61,604 nucleotides of DNA from Nemertoderma westbladi (lineage: Eukaryota; Animalia; Xenacoelomorpha): contig JAUCBJ010005395.1 in NCBI GenBank assembly GCA_032718475.1, forward strand, positions 1 to 61,604, written 5' to 3'. The stretch's first letter is position 1. Every line of letters starts with the position of its first letter. Below, piece by piece: positions 11,877 through 26,800 of the stretch. Position numbers and translations under genes: made by a program. Under the pieces are notes generated by a model that was given only the letters and a program-made list of their open reading frames with translations, searched no databases and was not told the origin of the DNA.

Positions 11877-14800
11877 CTAGAACAATAATAGGAAATAAAA
11901 ATAAGTTTAGTTTAGTTGGTTAAGTTAAGTCGTTTAGTTTCGAGTAGGAAGTCTGTGGAAATAAAGAATCGAGAATCAAAATAAGTGTCAAATTTAGTAT
12001 GTATTTCTCAAATTTAGTTTTCAAGTTATAACAATTTCCATTTAGGGAGACCTTTTGAAATAATTTCGCCTGACAGTTATGTTGCCCCGTCTTTGATCTA
12101 TTATATAAAAAACTTTCATGTAAATAGATTCAAAACTGTAAAAGCCTTAAGGTTTTAAGCGCAACCAAGTATTTTTATTGTTAACTAGTATTAACTAATA
12201 TTTAAAAAAAAGTAAAGTTTTCTGACCTGTCATGTAGAATAGCATCTCAGTTACTTATATTTCAAATTTTAGCCAAAACCAAACCATTTTGAAACGCTGA
12301 GGAGTGATAAATCGACGAGTTGTCCGATAAAGGCGTACCCCCACCCCCCCCCCCCCCCCCCCCCCCTTAAGAGCTAATTATTTATTATTAGTTGGAGCAC
12401 TAATTGTGAGGATAAGCTATTATTACGATCACTGAACGTCAAACTATTAATATGAATTAATCAGGTGATTCCCATTACAATAAACATACCCTTTAAATAG
12501 CATCATGTGAAACAGGCCAGGCAGTATAAAGGCGAGAAGTGTGCAGCAAGTAGAACCAACAAGGGCCATGAGTGTAGAGAAACTGGGAATAGCGAGAATA
12601 ATGGCCCCACTGGTGAGGACCAGACAAAATCGTAGTATATTCTAGAATAAAATAATATTTAATAAACAAAACGAAATACAACGTAATAAATAATATTCAA
12701 ATTTCTAATTAATCCACCGCATAAATAAACAAAGCAATCGATAAAACAACCAACTCGCAATAAAGAAGGAGGATAAATATAATATAAATAAACTGCCCCC
12801 AGTGTTATTAAACGGGAAGGGAGAATTGGATAAACCTACCCCCTTAAACCTACCCACTGGCATTTACGGTGAGGGTGACACAGTTAAACCTACCCCCTGG
12901 TATTTACGGTGAGGGTGACACAGTTAAACCTACCCCCTGGTATTTACGGTGAGGGTGACACCGTTATACTTACCCCCTGGTATTTACGGTGAGGGTGACA
13001 CAGTTAAACCTACCCCCTGGTATTTACGGTGAGGGTGACACAGTTAAACCTTACCCCTGGTATTTACGGTGAGGGTGACACAGTTAAACCTACCCCCTGG
13101 TTTTTACGGTGAGGGTGACACAGTTAAACCTACCCCCTGGTATTTACGGTGAGGGTGACACAGTTAAACCTACCCTCTGGTATTTACGGTGAGGGTGACA
13201 AAGTTAAACATACCCCCTGGTATTTACGGTGAGGGTGAAACCTTTATACTTACCCCCTGGTATTTACGGTGCGGGTGACAGAGTTAAACCTACCCCCTGG
13301 TATTTACGGTGAGGGTGACACCGTTAGACTTACCCCCTGGTATTTACGGTGAGGGTGACACAGTTATAATTACCCCCTGGTATTTACGGTGAGGGTGACA
13401 CAGTTATACTTACCCCCTGGTATTTACGGTGAGGGTGACACAGTTAAACCTACCCCCTGCCTGGTATTTACGGTGAGGGTGACACAGTTAAACCTAGCCC
13501 CTGGTATTTACGGTGAGGGTGACACCGTTAGACTTACCCCCTGGTATTTACGGTGAGGGTGACACAGTTATACTTACCCCCTGGTATTTACGGTGAGGGT
13601 GACACAGTTAAACCTACCCCCTGGTATTTACGGTGAGCGTGACACAGTTATACTTACCCCCTGGTATTTACGGTGAGGGTGACACAGTTAAACCTACCCC
13701 CTGGTATTTACGGTGAGGGAGACACCGTTATACTTACCCCTTGGTATTTACAGTGAGGGTGACACCGTTATACTTATCCCCTGTATTTACGGTGAGGGTG
13801 ACACCGTTACACTTACCCCCTGGTATTTACGGTGAGGGTGACACCGTTATACTCACCCCCTGGTATTTACGGTGAGGATGACACAGTTAAACCTACCCCC
13901 TGGTATTTACGGTGAGGGTGACACAGTTAAACCTACCCCCTGGCATTTACGGTGAGGGTGACACAGTTAAACCTACACCCTGGTATTTACGGTGAGAGTG
14001 ACACCGTTATACTTACCCCCTGGTATTTACGGTGAGGGTGACACAGTTAAACCTACCCCCTGGTATTTACGGTGAGGGTGACACAGTTATACTTACCCCC
14101 TGGTATTTACGGTGAGGGTGACACAGTTAAACCTACCCCTGGTATTTACGGTGATGGTGACACAGTTAAACCTACCCCCTGGTATTTACGGTGAGGGTGA
14201 CACCGTTAGACTTACCCCCTGGTATTTACGGTGAGGGTGACACCGTTAGACTTACCCCCTGGTATTTACGGTGAGGGTGACACCGTTATACTTACCCCCT
14301 GGTATTTACGGTGAGGGTGACACCGTTAGACTTAGCCCCTGGTATTTACGGTGAGGGTGACACCGTTATACTTACCCCCTGGTATTTCCGGTGAGGCACG
14401 GTTAGACTTACCCCCTGGGATTTCCGGTGAGGGTGACACAGTTAAACCTACCCCCTGGTATTTACGGTGAGGGTGACACAGTCAAACCTACCCCCTGGTA
14501 TTTACGGTGAGGGTGACACAGTTAAATCTACCCCCTGGTATTTAAGGTGAGGGTGACACAGTTAAACCTACTCCCTGGTATTTACGGTGAGGGTGACACA
14601 GTTAAACCTACCCCCTAGTATTTACGGTGAGGGTGACACAGTTAAACATACACCCTGATATTTACGGTGAGGGTGAAACCTTTATACTTACCCCCTGGTA
14701 TTTACGGTGCGGGTGACACAATTAAACCTACCCCCTGGTATTTACGGTGAGGGTGACACAGTTAAACCTACCCCCTAGTATTTACGGTGAGGGTGACACA

Positions 14801-17800
14801 GTTAAACCTACCCCCTGGTATTTACGGTGAGGGTGACACCGTTATACTTATCCCCTGTATTTACGGTGAGGGTGACACCGTTATACTTACCCCCTGGTAT
14901 TTACGGTGAGGGTGACACAGTTAAACCTACCCCCTGGTATTTACGGTGAGGGTGACACAGTTATACTTACCCCCTGGTATTCACGGTGAGGGTGACAAAG
15001 TTAAACCTACCCCTGGTATTTACGGTGAGGGTGACACAGTTAAACCTACCCCCTGGTATTTACGGTGAGGGTGACACCGTTAGACATACCCCCTGGTATT
15101 TACGGTGAGGGTGACACCGTTAGACTTACCCCCTGGTATTTACGGTGAGGGTGACACCGTTATACTTACCCCCTGGTATTTACGGTGAGGGTGACACCGT
15201 TAGACTTAGCCCCTGGTATTTACGGTGAGGGTGACACCGTTATACTTACCCCCTGGTATTTCCGGTGAGGCACGGTTAGACTTACCCCCTGGGATTTCCG
15301 GTCAGGGTGACACAGTTAAACCTACCCCCTGGTATTTACGGTGAGGGTGACACAGTTAAATCTACCCCCTGGTATTTAAGGTGAGGGTGACACAGTTAAA
15401 CCTACTCCCTGGTATTTACGGTGAGGGTGACACAGTTAAACCTACCCCCTAGTATTTACGGTGAGGGTGACACAGTTAAACATAAACCCTGATATTTACG
15501 GTGAGGGTGAAACCTTTATACTTACCCCCTGGTATTTACGGTGCGGGTGACACAATTAAACCTACCCCCTGGTATTTACGGTGAGGGTGACACAGTTAAA
15601 CCTACCCCCTAGTATTTACGGTGAGGGTGACACAGTTAAACCTACCCCCTGGTATTTACGGTGAGGGTGACACCGTTATACTTATCCCCTGTATTTACGG
15701 TGAGGGTGACACCGTTATACTTACCCCCTGGTATTTACGGTGAGGGTGACACCGTTATACTTACCCCCTGGTATTTACGGTGAGGGTGGCACAGTTATAC
15801 TTACCCCCTGGTATTTACGGTGAGGGTGACACAGTTAAACCGACCCCCTGGTATTTACGGTGAGGGTGGCACAGTTAAACATACCCCCTGGTATTTACGG
15901 TGAGGGTGACACAGTTAAACCTTCACCCTGGTATTTACGGTGATGGTGACACCTTTATACTTACCCCCTGGTATTTACGGTGCGGGTGACACAGTTATAC
16001 TTACCCCCTGGTATTTACGGTGAGGGTGACACAGTTAAACCTACCCCTGGTATTTACGGTGAGGGTGACACAGTTAAACCTACCCCTGGTATTTACGGTG
16101 AGGGTGACAGCGTTAGACTTACCCCCTGGTATTTACGGTAAGGGTGACACTGTTAGACTTACCCCCTGGTATTTACGGTGCGGGTGACACCGTTATACTT
16201 ACCCGCTGGTATTTATTTACGGTGAGGGTGACACCGTTAGACTTAGCCCATGGTATTTACGGTGAGGCACGGTTAGACTTACCCCCTGGTATTTCCGGTG
16301 AGGGTGACACAGTTAAATCTACCCCCTGGTATTTACTGTGAGGGTGACACAGTTAAACCTACCCCCTGGTATTTACAGTTAAACCTACCCCCTGGTATTT
16401 ACGGTGAGGGTGGTGACACAGTTAAACCTACCCCCTGGTATTTACGGTGAGGGTGACACAGTTATACTTACCCCCTGGTATTTACGGTGAGGGTGACACA
16501 GTTAAACCTACCCCTGGTATTTACGGTGAGGGTGACACAGTTAAACCTACCCCTGGTATTTACGGTGAGGGTGACAGCGTTAGACTTACCCCCTGGTATT
16601 TACGGTGAGGGTGACACCGTTAGACTTACCCCCTGGTATTTACGGTGCGGGTGACACCGTTATACTTACCCGCTGGTATTTATTTACGGTGAGGGTGACA
16701 CCGTTAGACTTAGCCCATGGTATTTACGGTGAGGCACGGTTAGACTTACCCCCTGGTATTTCCGGTGAGGGTGACACAGTTAAATCTACCCCCTGGTATT
16801 TACTGTGAGGGTGACACAGTTAAACCTACACCCTGGTATTTACGGTGAGGGTGACACCTTTATACTTACCCCCTGGTATTTACGGTGCGGGTGAAACAGT
16901 TAAACCTACCCCCTGGTATTTACGGTGAGGGTGACACAGTTATACTTACCCCCTGGTATTTACGGTGAGGGTGACACAGTTAAAACTACCCCTGGTATTT
17001 ACGGTGAGGGTGACACAGTTAAACCTACCCCCTGGTATTTACGGTGATGGTGACACCGTTATACTTACCCCCTGGTATTTCCGGTGAGGATCTGGTAGGA
17101 ATTTCGTCTCTAACAACTTGGCCACTGGGAACATCATTACGGGATAGGTGAAAAACAAAGAGAAACACAAACACGACTTTACGATGAGAGGGAACACTCC
17201 TAGAGGAATTAATACATCGCGTAGATTATTGATATTGCTAGTTTTAGGGTATCACAGATGATTTAGAGTTAAATCTTTTGGATATTTTTCTTACCTGATG
17301 GCAAATTTAAGGTGATGATATTGTGAGTAAATTTTCCGAAGGAAACGTAACCCGATACCCCAAATAGGATATACAGCGATGTTACCAGAGCCAGGGTTAC
17401 TTGGAAGACAGGTCTAAATCGAGATCGGAGTGAATGCGACACAGATGATTCCAGGGAAAGTATCAAACCAGCACCTTCGTAGCAATACATAGCAATACCT
17501 GGGAAAGTAATGGAGTTAGGTGTAGCAATACATAGCAATACCTGGGAAAGTAATGGAGTTAGGTGTAGCAATACATAGCAATACCTGGGAAAGTAATGGA
17601 GTTAGGTGTAGCAATACATAGCAATACCTGGGAAAGTAATGGAGTTAGGTGTAGCAATACATAGCAATACCTGGGAAAGTAATGGAGTTAGGTGTAGCAA
17701 TACATAGCAATACCTGGGAAAGTAATGGAGTTAGGTGTAGCAATACATAGCAATGCCTGGGAAAGTAATGGAGTTAGGTGTAGCAATAAATAGCAATACC

Positions 17801-20800
17801 TGAGAAAGTAATGGAGTTAGGTGTAGCAATACATAGCAATACCTGGGAAAGTAATGGAGTTAGGTGTAGCAATACATAGCAATGCCTGGGAAAGTAATGG
17901 AGTTAGGTGTAGTAATACCTGGGAAAGTAATGGAGTTAGGTGTAGCAATACATAGCAATACCGGGGAAAGTAATGGAGTTAGGTGTAGCAATACATAGCA
18001 ATACCTGGGAAAGTAATGGAGTTAGGTGTAGCAATACATAGCAATGCCTGGGAAAGTAATGGAGTTAGGTGTAGCGATACATAGCAATACCTGGGAAAGT
18101 AATGGAGTTAGGTGTAGCAATACCTGGGAAAGTAATGGAGTTAGGTGTAGCAATACATAGCAATACCTGGGAAAGTAATGGAGTTAGGTGTAGCAATACC
18201 TGGGAAAGTAATGGAGTTAGGTGTAGTAATAAATAGCAATACCTGGGAAAGTAATGGAGTTAGGTGTAGCAATACATAGCAATACCTGGGAAAGTAATGG
18301 AGTTAGGTGTAGCAATACCTGGGAAAGTAATGGAGTTAGGTGTAGCAATAAATAGCAATACCTGGGAAAGTAATGGAGTTAGGTGTAGCAATACATAGCA
18401 ATACCTGGGAAAGTAATGGAGTTAGGCGTAGTAATACCTGGGAAAGTAAAGGAGTTAGGTGTAGTAATACCTGGGAAAGTAAAGGAGTTAGGTGTAGCAA
18501 TAAATAGCAATACCTGATAAAGTAATGGAGTTCGGTGTAGCAATACATAGCAATGCCTGAGAAAGTAATGGAGTTCGGTGTAGCAATACATAGCAATGCC
18601 TGAGAAAGTAATGGAGTTAGGGGTAGCAATACATAGCAATACCTGAGAAAGTAATGGAGTTAGGTGTAGCAATACATAGCAATGCCTGGGAAAGTAATGG
18701 AGTTAGGTGTAGCAATAAATAGCAATACCTGAGAAAGTAATGGAGTTAGGTGTAGCAATACCTGGGAAAGTAATGGAGTTAGGTGTAGCAATACCTGGGA
18801 AAGTAATGGAGTTAGGTGTAGCAATACCTGGGAAAGTAATGCAGTTAGGTGTAGCAATACCTGGGAAAGTAATGCAGTTAGGTGTAGCAATACATAGCAA
18901 TACCTGGGAGAGTAATGGAGTTAGGTGTAGCAATACCTGGGAAAGTAATGGAGTTAGGTGTAGCAATACCTGGGAAAGTAATGCAGTTAGGTGTAGCAAT
19001 ACCTGGGAAAGTAATGCAGTTAGGTGTAGCAATACATAGCAATGCCTGGGAAAGTAATGGAGTTGGGTGTAGCAATACCTGGGAAAGTAAAGGAGTTAGG
19101 TGTAGTAATACCTGGGAAAGTAATGCAGTTAGGTGTAGCAATACATAGCAATGCCTGGGAGAGTAATGGAGTTAGGTGTAGTAATACATAGCAATGCCTG
19201 GGAAAGTAATGGAGTTAGGCGTAGCAATACATAGCAATACCTGGGAAAGTAATGGAGTTAGGTGTAGCAATACCTGGGAAAGTAATGGAGTTAGGTGTAG
19301 CAATAAATAGCAATACCTGGGAAAGTAATGGTTAGGTGTAGCAATACATAGCAATACCTGGGAAAGTAATGGAGTTAGGTGTAGTAATACCTGGGAAAGT
19401 AATGGAGTTAGGTGTAGCAATACCTGGGAAAGTAATGGAGTTAGGTGTAGCAATACCTGGGAAAGTAATGGAGTTAGGTGTAGCAATACCTGGGAAAGTA
19501 ATGGAGTTAGGTGTAGCAATACCTGGGAAAGTAATGCAGTTAGGTGTAGCAATACATAGCAATACCTGGGAAAGTAATGGAGATAGGTGTAGCAATACCT
19601 GGGAAAGTAATGGAGTTAGGTGTAGCAATACCTGGGAAAGTAATGCAGTTAGGTGTAGCAATACATAGCAATGCCTGGGAGAGTAATGGAGTTAGGTGTA
19701 GCAATACCTGGGAAAGTAATGGAGTTAGGTGTAGCAATACCTGGGAAAGTAATGCAGTTAGGTGTAGCAATACCTGGGAAAGTAATGCAGTTAGGTGTAG
19801 CAATACATAGCAATGCCTGGGAAAGTAATGGAGTTGGGTGTAGCAATACCTGGGAAAGTAAAGGAGTTAGGTGTAGTAATACCTGGGAAAGTAATGCAGT
19901 TAGGTGTAGCAATACATAGCAATGCCTGGGAGAGTAATGGAGTTAGGTGTAGTAATACATAGCAATGCCTGGGAAAGTAATGGAGTTAGGCGTAGCAATA
20001 AATAGCAATACTTGTAATGGAATTAAGTGTAGCAATACATATCAATACCTGGGAAAGTAATGGAGTTAGGTGTAGCAATACCTGGGAAAGTAATGGAGTT
20101 AGGTGTAGCAATAAATAGCAATACCTGGGAAAGTAATGGTTAGGTGTAGCAATACATAGCAATACCTGGGAAAGTAATGGAGTTAGGTGTAGTAATACCT
20201 GGGAAAGTAAAGGAGTTAGGTGTAGCAATACATAGCAATACCTGGGAAAGTAATGGAGTTAGGTGTAGCAATACATAGCAATGCCTGGGAAAGTAATGGA
20301 GTTAGGTGTAGCAATACATAGCAATGCCTGGGAAAGTAATGGAGTTAGGTGTAGCAATACCTGGGAAAGTAATGGAGTTAGGTGTAGCAATAAATAGCAA
20401 TACCTGAGAAAGTAATGGAGTTAGGTGTAGCAATAAATAGCAATACCTGATAAAGAAATGGAGTTAGGTGTAGCAATACATAGCAATACTTGTAATGGAA
20501 TTAAGTGTAGCAATACATAGCAATACCTGGGAAAGTAATGGAGTTAGGTGTAGCAATACCTGGGAAAGTAATGGAGTTAGGTGTAGCAATAAATAGCAAT
20601 ACCTGATAAAGTAATGGAGTTAGGTGTAGCAATAAATAGCAATACCTGAGAAAGTAATGGAGTTAGGTGTAGCAATACATAGCAATACTTGTAATGGAAT
20701 TAAGTGTAGCAATACATAGCAATACCTGGGAAAGTAATGGAGTTAGGTGTAGCAATACCTGGGAAAGTAATGGAGTTAGGTGTAGCAATACCTGGGAAAG

Positions 20801-23800
20801 TAATGCAGTTAGGTGTAGCAATACATAGCAATGCCTGGGAAAGTAATGGAGTTAGGTGTAGCAATAAATAGCAATACCTGAGAAAGTAATGGAGTTAGGT
20901 GTAGCAATAAATAGCAATACCTGAGAAAGTAATGGAGTTAGGTGTAGCAATACATAGCAATACTTGTAATGGAATTAAGTGTAGCAATACATAGCAATAC
21001 CTGGGAAAGTAATGGAGTTAGGTGTAGCAATACCTGGGAAAGTAATGGAGTTAGGTGTAGCAATACCTGGGAAAGTAATGCAGTTAGGTGTAGCAATACA
21101 TAGCAATACCTGGGAAAGTAATGGAGTTAGGTGTAGTAATACCTGGGAAAGTAATGCAGTTAGGTGTAGCAATACATAGCAATACCTGGGAAAGTAATGG
21201 AGATAGGTGTAGCAATACATAGCAATGCCTGGGAAAGTAATGGAGTTAGGTGTAGCAATAAATAGCAATACCTGAGAAAGTAATGGAGTTAGGTGTAGCA
21301 ATACATAGCAATACCTGGGAAAGTAATGGAGTTAGGTGTAGCAATAAATAGCAATACTTGTAATGGAATTAAGTGTAGCAATACATAGCAATACCTGAGA
21401 AAGTAATGGAGTTAGGTGTAGCAATACCTGGGAAAGTAATGGAGTTAGGTGTAGCAATAAATAGCAATACCTGGGAAAGTAATGGAATTAGGTGTAGCAA
21501 TACATAGCAATACCTGGGAAAGTAATGGAGTTAGGTGTAGTAATACCTGGGAAAGTAAAGGAGTTAGGTGTAGCAATACATAGCAATACCTGGGAAAGTA
21601 ATGGAGTTAGGTGTAGCAATACATAGCAATACCTGGGAAAGTAATGGAGTTAGGTGTAGCAATACATAGCAATACCTGAGAAAGTAATGAAGTTAGGTGT
21701 AGCAATACATAGCAATGCCTGGGAAAGTAATGGAGTTAGGTGTAGCAATACATAGCAATACCTGGGAAAGTAATGGAGTTAGGTGTAGCAATAATAGCAA
21801 TGCCTGGGAAAGTAATGGAGTTAGGTGTAGCAATAAATAGCAATACCTGAGAAAGTAATGGAGTTAGGTGTAGCAATACATAGCAATGCCTGGGAAAGTA
21901 ATGGAGTTAGGTGTAGCAATACATAGCAATGCCTGGGAAAGTAATGGAGTTAGGGGTAGCAATACATAGCAATACCTGGGAAAGTAATGGAGTTAGGTGT
22001 AGCAATACATAGCAATACCTGAGAAAGTAATGAAGTTAGGTGTAGCAATACATAGCAATGCCTGGGAAAGTAATGGAGTTAGGTGTAGCAATACATAGCA
22101 ATACCTGGGAAAGTAATGGAGTTAGGTGTAGCAATACATAGCAATACCTGAGAAAGTAATGGAGTTAGGTGTAGCAATACCTGGGAAAGTAATGGAGTTA
22201 GGTGTAGCAATACCTGGGAAAGTAATGGAGTTAGGTGTAGCAATACCTGGGAAAGTAATGGAGTTAGGTGTAGCAATACATAGCAATGCCTGGGAAAGTA
22301 ATGGAGTTAGGTGTAGCAATACATAGCAATGCCTGGGAAAGTAATGGAGTTAGGTGTAGCAATACATAGCAATACCTGGGAAAGTAATGGAGTTAGGTGT
22401 AGCAATACATAGCAATACCTGAGAAAGTAATGAAGTTAGGTGTAGCAATACATAGCAATGCCTGGGAAAGTAATGGAGTTAGGTGTAGCAATACATAGCA
22501 ATACCTGGGAAAGTAATGGAGTTAGGTGTAGCAATACATAGCAATGCCTGGGAAAGTAATGGAGTTAGGTGTAGCAATAAATAGCAATACCTGAGAAAGT
22601 AATGCAGTTAGGTGTAGCAATACATAGCAATGCCTGAGAAAGTAATGGAGTTAGGGGTAGCAATACATAGCAATACCTGAGAAAGTAATGGAGTTAGGTG
22701 TAGCAATACATAGCAATGCCTGGGAAAGTAATGGAGTTAGGTGTAGCAATAAATAGCAATACCTGAGAAAGTAATGGAGTTAGGTGTACCAATACATAGC
22801 AATGCCTGGGAAAGTAATGGAGTTAGGTGTAGCAATACCTGGGAAAGTAATGCAGTTAGGTGTAGCAATACATAGCAATACCTGAGAAAGTAATGGAGTT
22901 AGGTGTAGCAATACATAGCAATGCCTGGGAAAGTAATGGAGTTAGGTGTAGCAATAAATAGCAATACCTGAGAAAGTAATGGAGTTAGGTGTACCAATAC
23001 ATAGCAATGCCTGGGAAAGTAATGGAGTTAGGTGTAGCAATACCTGATAAAGTAATGGAGTTCGGTGTAGCAATACATAGCAATACCTGAGAAAGTAATG
23101 GAGTTAGGTGTAGCAATACATAGCAATGCCTGGGAAAGTAATGGAGTTAGGTGTAGCAATAAATAGCAATACCTGAGAAAGTAATGGAGTTAGGTGTACC
23201 AATACATAGCAATGCCTGGGAAAGTAATGGAGTTAGGTGTAGCAATACCTGGGAAAGTAATGCAGTTAGGTGTAGCAATACATAGCAATACCTGGGAAAG
23301 TAATGGAGTTAGGTGTAGCAATACATAGCAATGCCTGGGAAAGTAATGGAGTCAGGTGTAGCAATACCTGGGAAAGTAATGCAGTTAGGTGTAGCAATAC
23401 ATAGCAATACCTGGGAAAGTAATGGAGTTAGGTGTAGCAATACATAGCAATACCTGGGAAAGTAATGGAGTTAGGTGTAGCAATACCTGGGAAAGTAATG
23501 GAGTTAGGTGTAGCAATACATAGCAATACCTGGGAAAGTAATGGAGTTAGGTGTAGCAATACCTGGACAAGTAATGCAGTTAGGTGTAGCAATACATAGC
23601 AATACCTGGGAAAGTAATGGAGTTAGGTGTAGCAATCCATAGCAATACCTGAGAAAGTAATGCAGTTAGGTGTAGCAATACATATCAATACCTGGGAAAG
23701 TAATGAAGTTACGTGTAGCAATCCATAGCAATACCTGAGAAAGTAATGGAGTTAGGTGTAGCAATACATAGCAATGCCTGGGAAAGTAATGGAGTTAGGT

Positions 23801-26800
23801 GTAGCAATACATAGCAATACCTGGGAAAGTAATGGAGTTAGGTGTAGTACTACCTGGGAAAGTAATGGAGTTAGGTGTAGCAATACATAGCAATACCTGG
23901 GAAAGTAATGGAGTTAGGTGTAGCAATACATAGCAATACCTGGGAAAGTAATGGAGTTAGGTGTAGCACTACCTGGGAAAGTAATGGAGTTAGGTGTAGC
24001 AATAAATAGCAATACCTGAGAAAGTAATGGAGTTAGGTGTAGCAATAAATATAAATACTTGTTGTAATGTAATTAAGTGTAGCAATACATAGCAATGGAA
24101 AATGGCCTTATTCAATAATTGGAAAAATCGTGCTGCTCGAAGGCTTGTGCGCTAAAGTTCCCACCCTGGTGTAGTGGTTGCATTGAATTCACATCTCTCG
24201 TAGGTCGTGGGTTCAATCCTCGCATTGGTCGGGGCAGTTTTCGTTTCGGCACGAATGCTTTGAAGGGACCGCAGCCAGGGCGCATCTCTGCCTTGCAAAC
24301 TTAAATTGTAGCAAAATGAGTACTGGAGTTTCCTCTGGGGAGTATAGTTCTGGGGGGACCACACTGGAAAAAAAGTCGTGAGACTTTGTGCGTAATACCT
24401 GGCCTAACGGCCGAAGAAAACGTACTTTTTTTGGCAAAAAAACTACGTTTTATCCAATAACTCGAGCTTGAGAAAAGATATGAGACAAATGCTTGGAGAT
24501 TTGAAAACTCCATTAGATTCGGCAAAGGATAGAGCCATAAAAAAAGTTGATAATTATAAACATAGGGGAACGCTGTCCCCTACCCTTAAATAATATAATC
24601 TAGCTTTGATACTCGGTACTCTTGTAAACTAAACCATTGAGGCCGCGGATCCCATAGACACCATTGTATCACCTCTACATTTTTCTTATGATGTCCGCTG
24701 TTTACAAATTTGTAAAAAGCGGATCCCGTTCATACAATGCAATTACTTAATGTTTAAAAATTACTGGCAAATGTTACCACCACCCAGTTCATAGCAGAAT
24801 AATAGTATGGCATTGTATACTGATGAAATGACTTTAAATATTCATTCCAGAAGTTGTCTGGGTTCTGGCTACCTGCATAGCAACAGTAGCTGCCTCGGAT
24901 AGCACACTTGAATTGAGGGCGCTGATGAGATTGCCGAGCGCAGATTGCGTATCTCAGGGATTTTTCATCTAAATTCGATCCGCAGATCCGTAGATTTTAC
25001 TTGGATCCTCGTTTTATAAATGCCCATTCTACTGTAAAGTATGAGACTGTTCCCCCCTTCTTGAACGCGCATATTATGTTAGGCAATAGTATATTAATGA
25101 AGTTTGCAATTAGACGGAATCCAATTACAATACGCCATCCCCAGGTAGGTGGGGTTGGAGTTTAGTATTAGTAATGGCGTTAAACTCACCGAGGAAGAAA
25201 GGGAGGCCGGTAAGTTTCATAGCCTTGGGGTGCAGAGATACCGTGCCCCAATGTTCGAAGTCGAAGTAGAAAACAATGCAGTAAGCAAACACGTTAGCAA
25301 AGTCCGCTATTATACTAAATAATACAATAAAACATACAATTATTATCATTATCAAACTGTTTTTCGGCAGGGTGCTGCTCGGTTATTACCGGTAGGACAT
25401 GCAGTGAATAATTTACAATATGGGCATCATTGAGGGTGTTGTTAACCATTTGCAACAACATTGTGTTTGGTTATCTTATGTAGTCAGGGGAACCAACAAG
25501 AGCTTCCCCCCTCAATGTAATTTTAGAGAGGCCCGTTTCCGCGCTGCTTTTTTATGTTGAGGTATTCTGAGCTTTTTTTCAAGCTTGTTATGCCTTTTCT
25601 AACGTTCAGTTAAAATTAAGATGCAATATGAATGTTCTAGAATTAGATAATTATGATATTCGCCCAGCTTTTTTGAGCCATTTTTCTAGCTTTTTTTGAG
25701 CTTTTTTTTGAGCTTTTTTGAGCCATTTTTCTAGCTTTTTTTGAGCTTTTTTTTGAGCTTTTTTGAGCCATTTTTCTAGCTTTTTTTCTAGCTTTTTTTC
25801 AGCTTTTTTTTCAAGTTTTTTTGGAGCTATATTCTATATTTTAGGTTTTAGCATTCGAAAATTCTCAGATTCATCTTGAAGCAATTAAAGTCTAGAAATT
25901 GATTTAACCTAAAAAAGATTGAAATAAAGCTCAAAAAAAAGCCGCGCGGGCCTTAACAATTTTTTTGAACAAACAATAAATGCCGTAACAAAGTTCTACC
26001 TACCTAAATAAAGCTAGACTGCCTAACTGTCGTAGCATTGTTAATCCAACCAATGGGGGTAGCAGGACAATCAACCAATGAACTACCGTCAGAACCTTTG
26101 TGTAAGAACTAAGATTTTCCAAAATAAATAAAAGATAGGCGCAGCAAAATCCCACCTGTAATGTATAAAGGGATGATTGATGCATAGAGAGAGGGAGGGG
26201 GGGGGGGGGGGGGGGGGGGGCTCTAGAGCGCTTCTACAAAATACAAATAAAATTTTTCGAATTTCCATGTGGACAGTGTCCATTTATTATATCTCTCCAA
26301 AAAATTCCTTTAAAATGAATCTGGAATGAGTTTTGTTCAATAAAATATATGAAGAATGTGAAATTTCTTCAGGATTCGCGAATCCAAAAAAATAATTCCA
26401 AGAAAATGTGATTGCGATTTATGTTGACATAGCGACATATGAGAGGACCCCTAAACTCTCGGAAAGGAAAGAAGATTTGAAAAACTGTTTGTAGATTTGT
26501 AATCAGCGTTAAACATATACCGGTAATGATTGATATAAGAAATGAGAAGTATAAATGTTAAATCGTAATATTATTTAATATTTTATATTATATTTCAAAA
26601 TATACAAATTACTGGTCAGTGGTAAGTAATGGTGAAAAATATACTTGAGAAATATCGAGAGTAAAAATATCGAGAGAAACAATTTTTTTAATAAGGATTA
26701 CATGATAATTTTTTTTAGAAAATGTGTTCTAGAACAAAAATATTTATAAGAATTTATAGCTTACACGTGTTCTATAACATCGAGCTAGTATGAAAAAATT

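Noticed and set aside
18336-22319. Many 65-126 aa ORFs (LLHLTPLLSQV / GIATPNSITFP / MELGVAIPGKV)
   Set aside because: Translations of intronic minisatellite C.
12833-24095. CRISPR-like appearance of the 33-43 bp repeats
   Set aside because: Units are head-to-tail with no unique spacers, there are no cas genes, and the context is a eukaryotic intron.
24918-24960. CTGATGAG motif
   Set aside because: No downstream GAAA or compatible stems.
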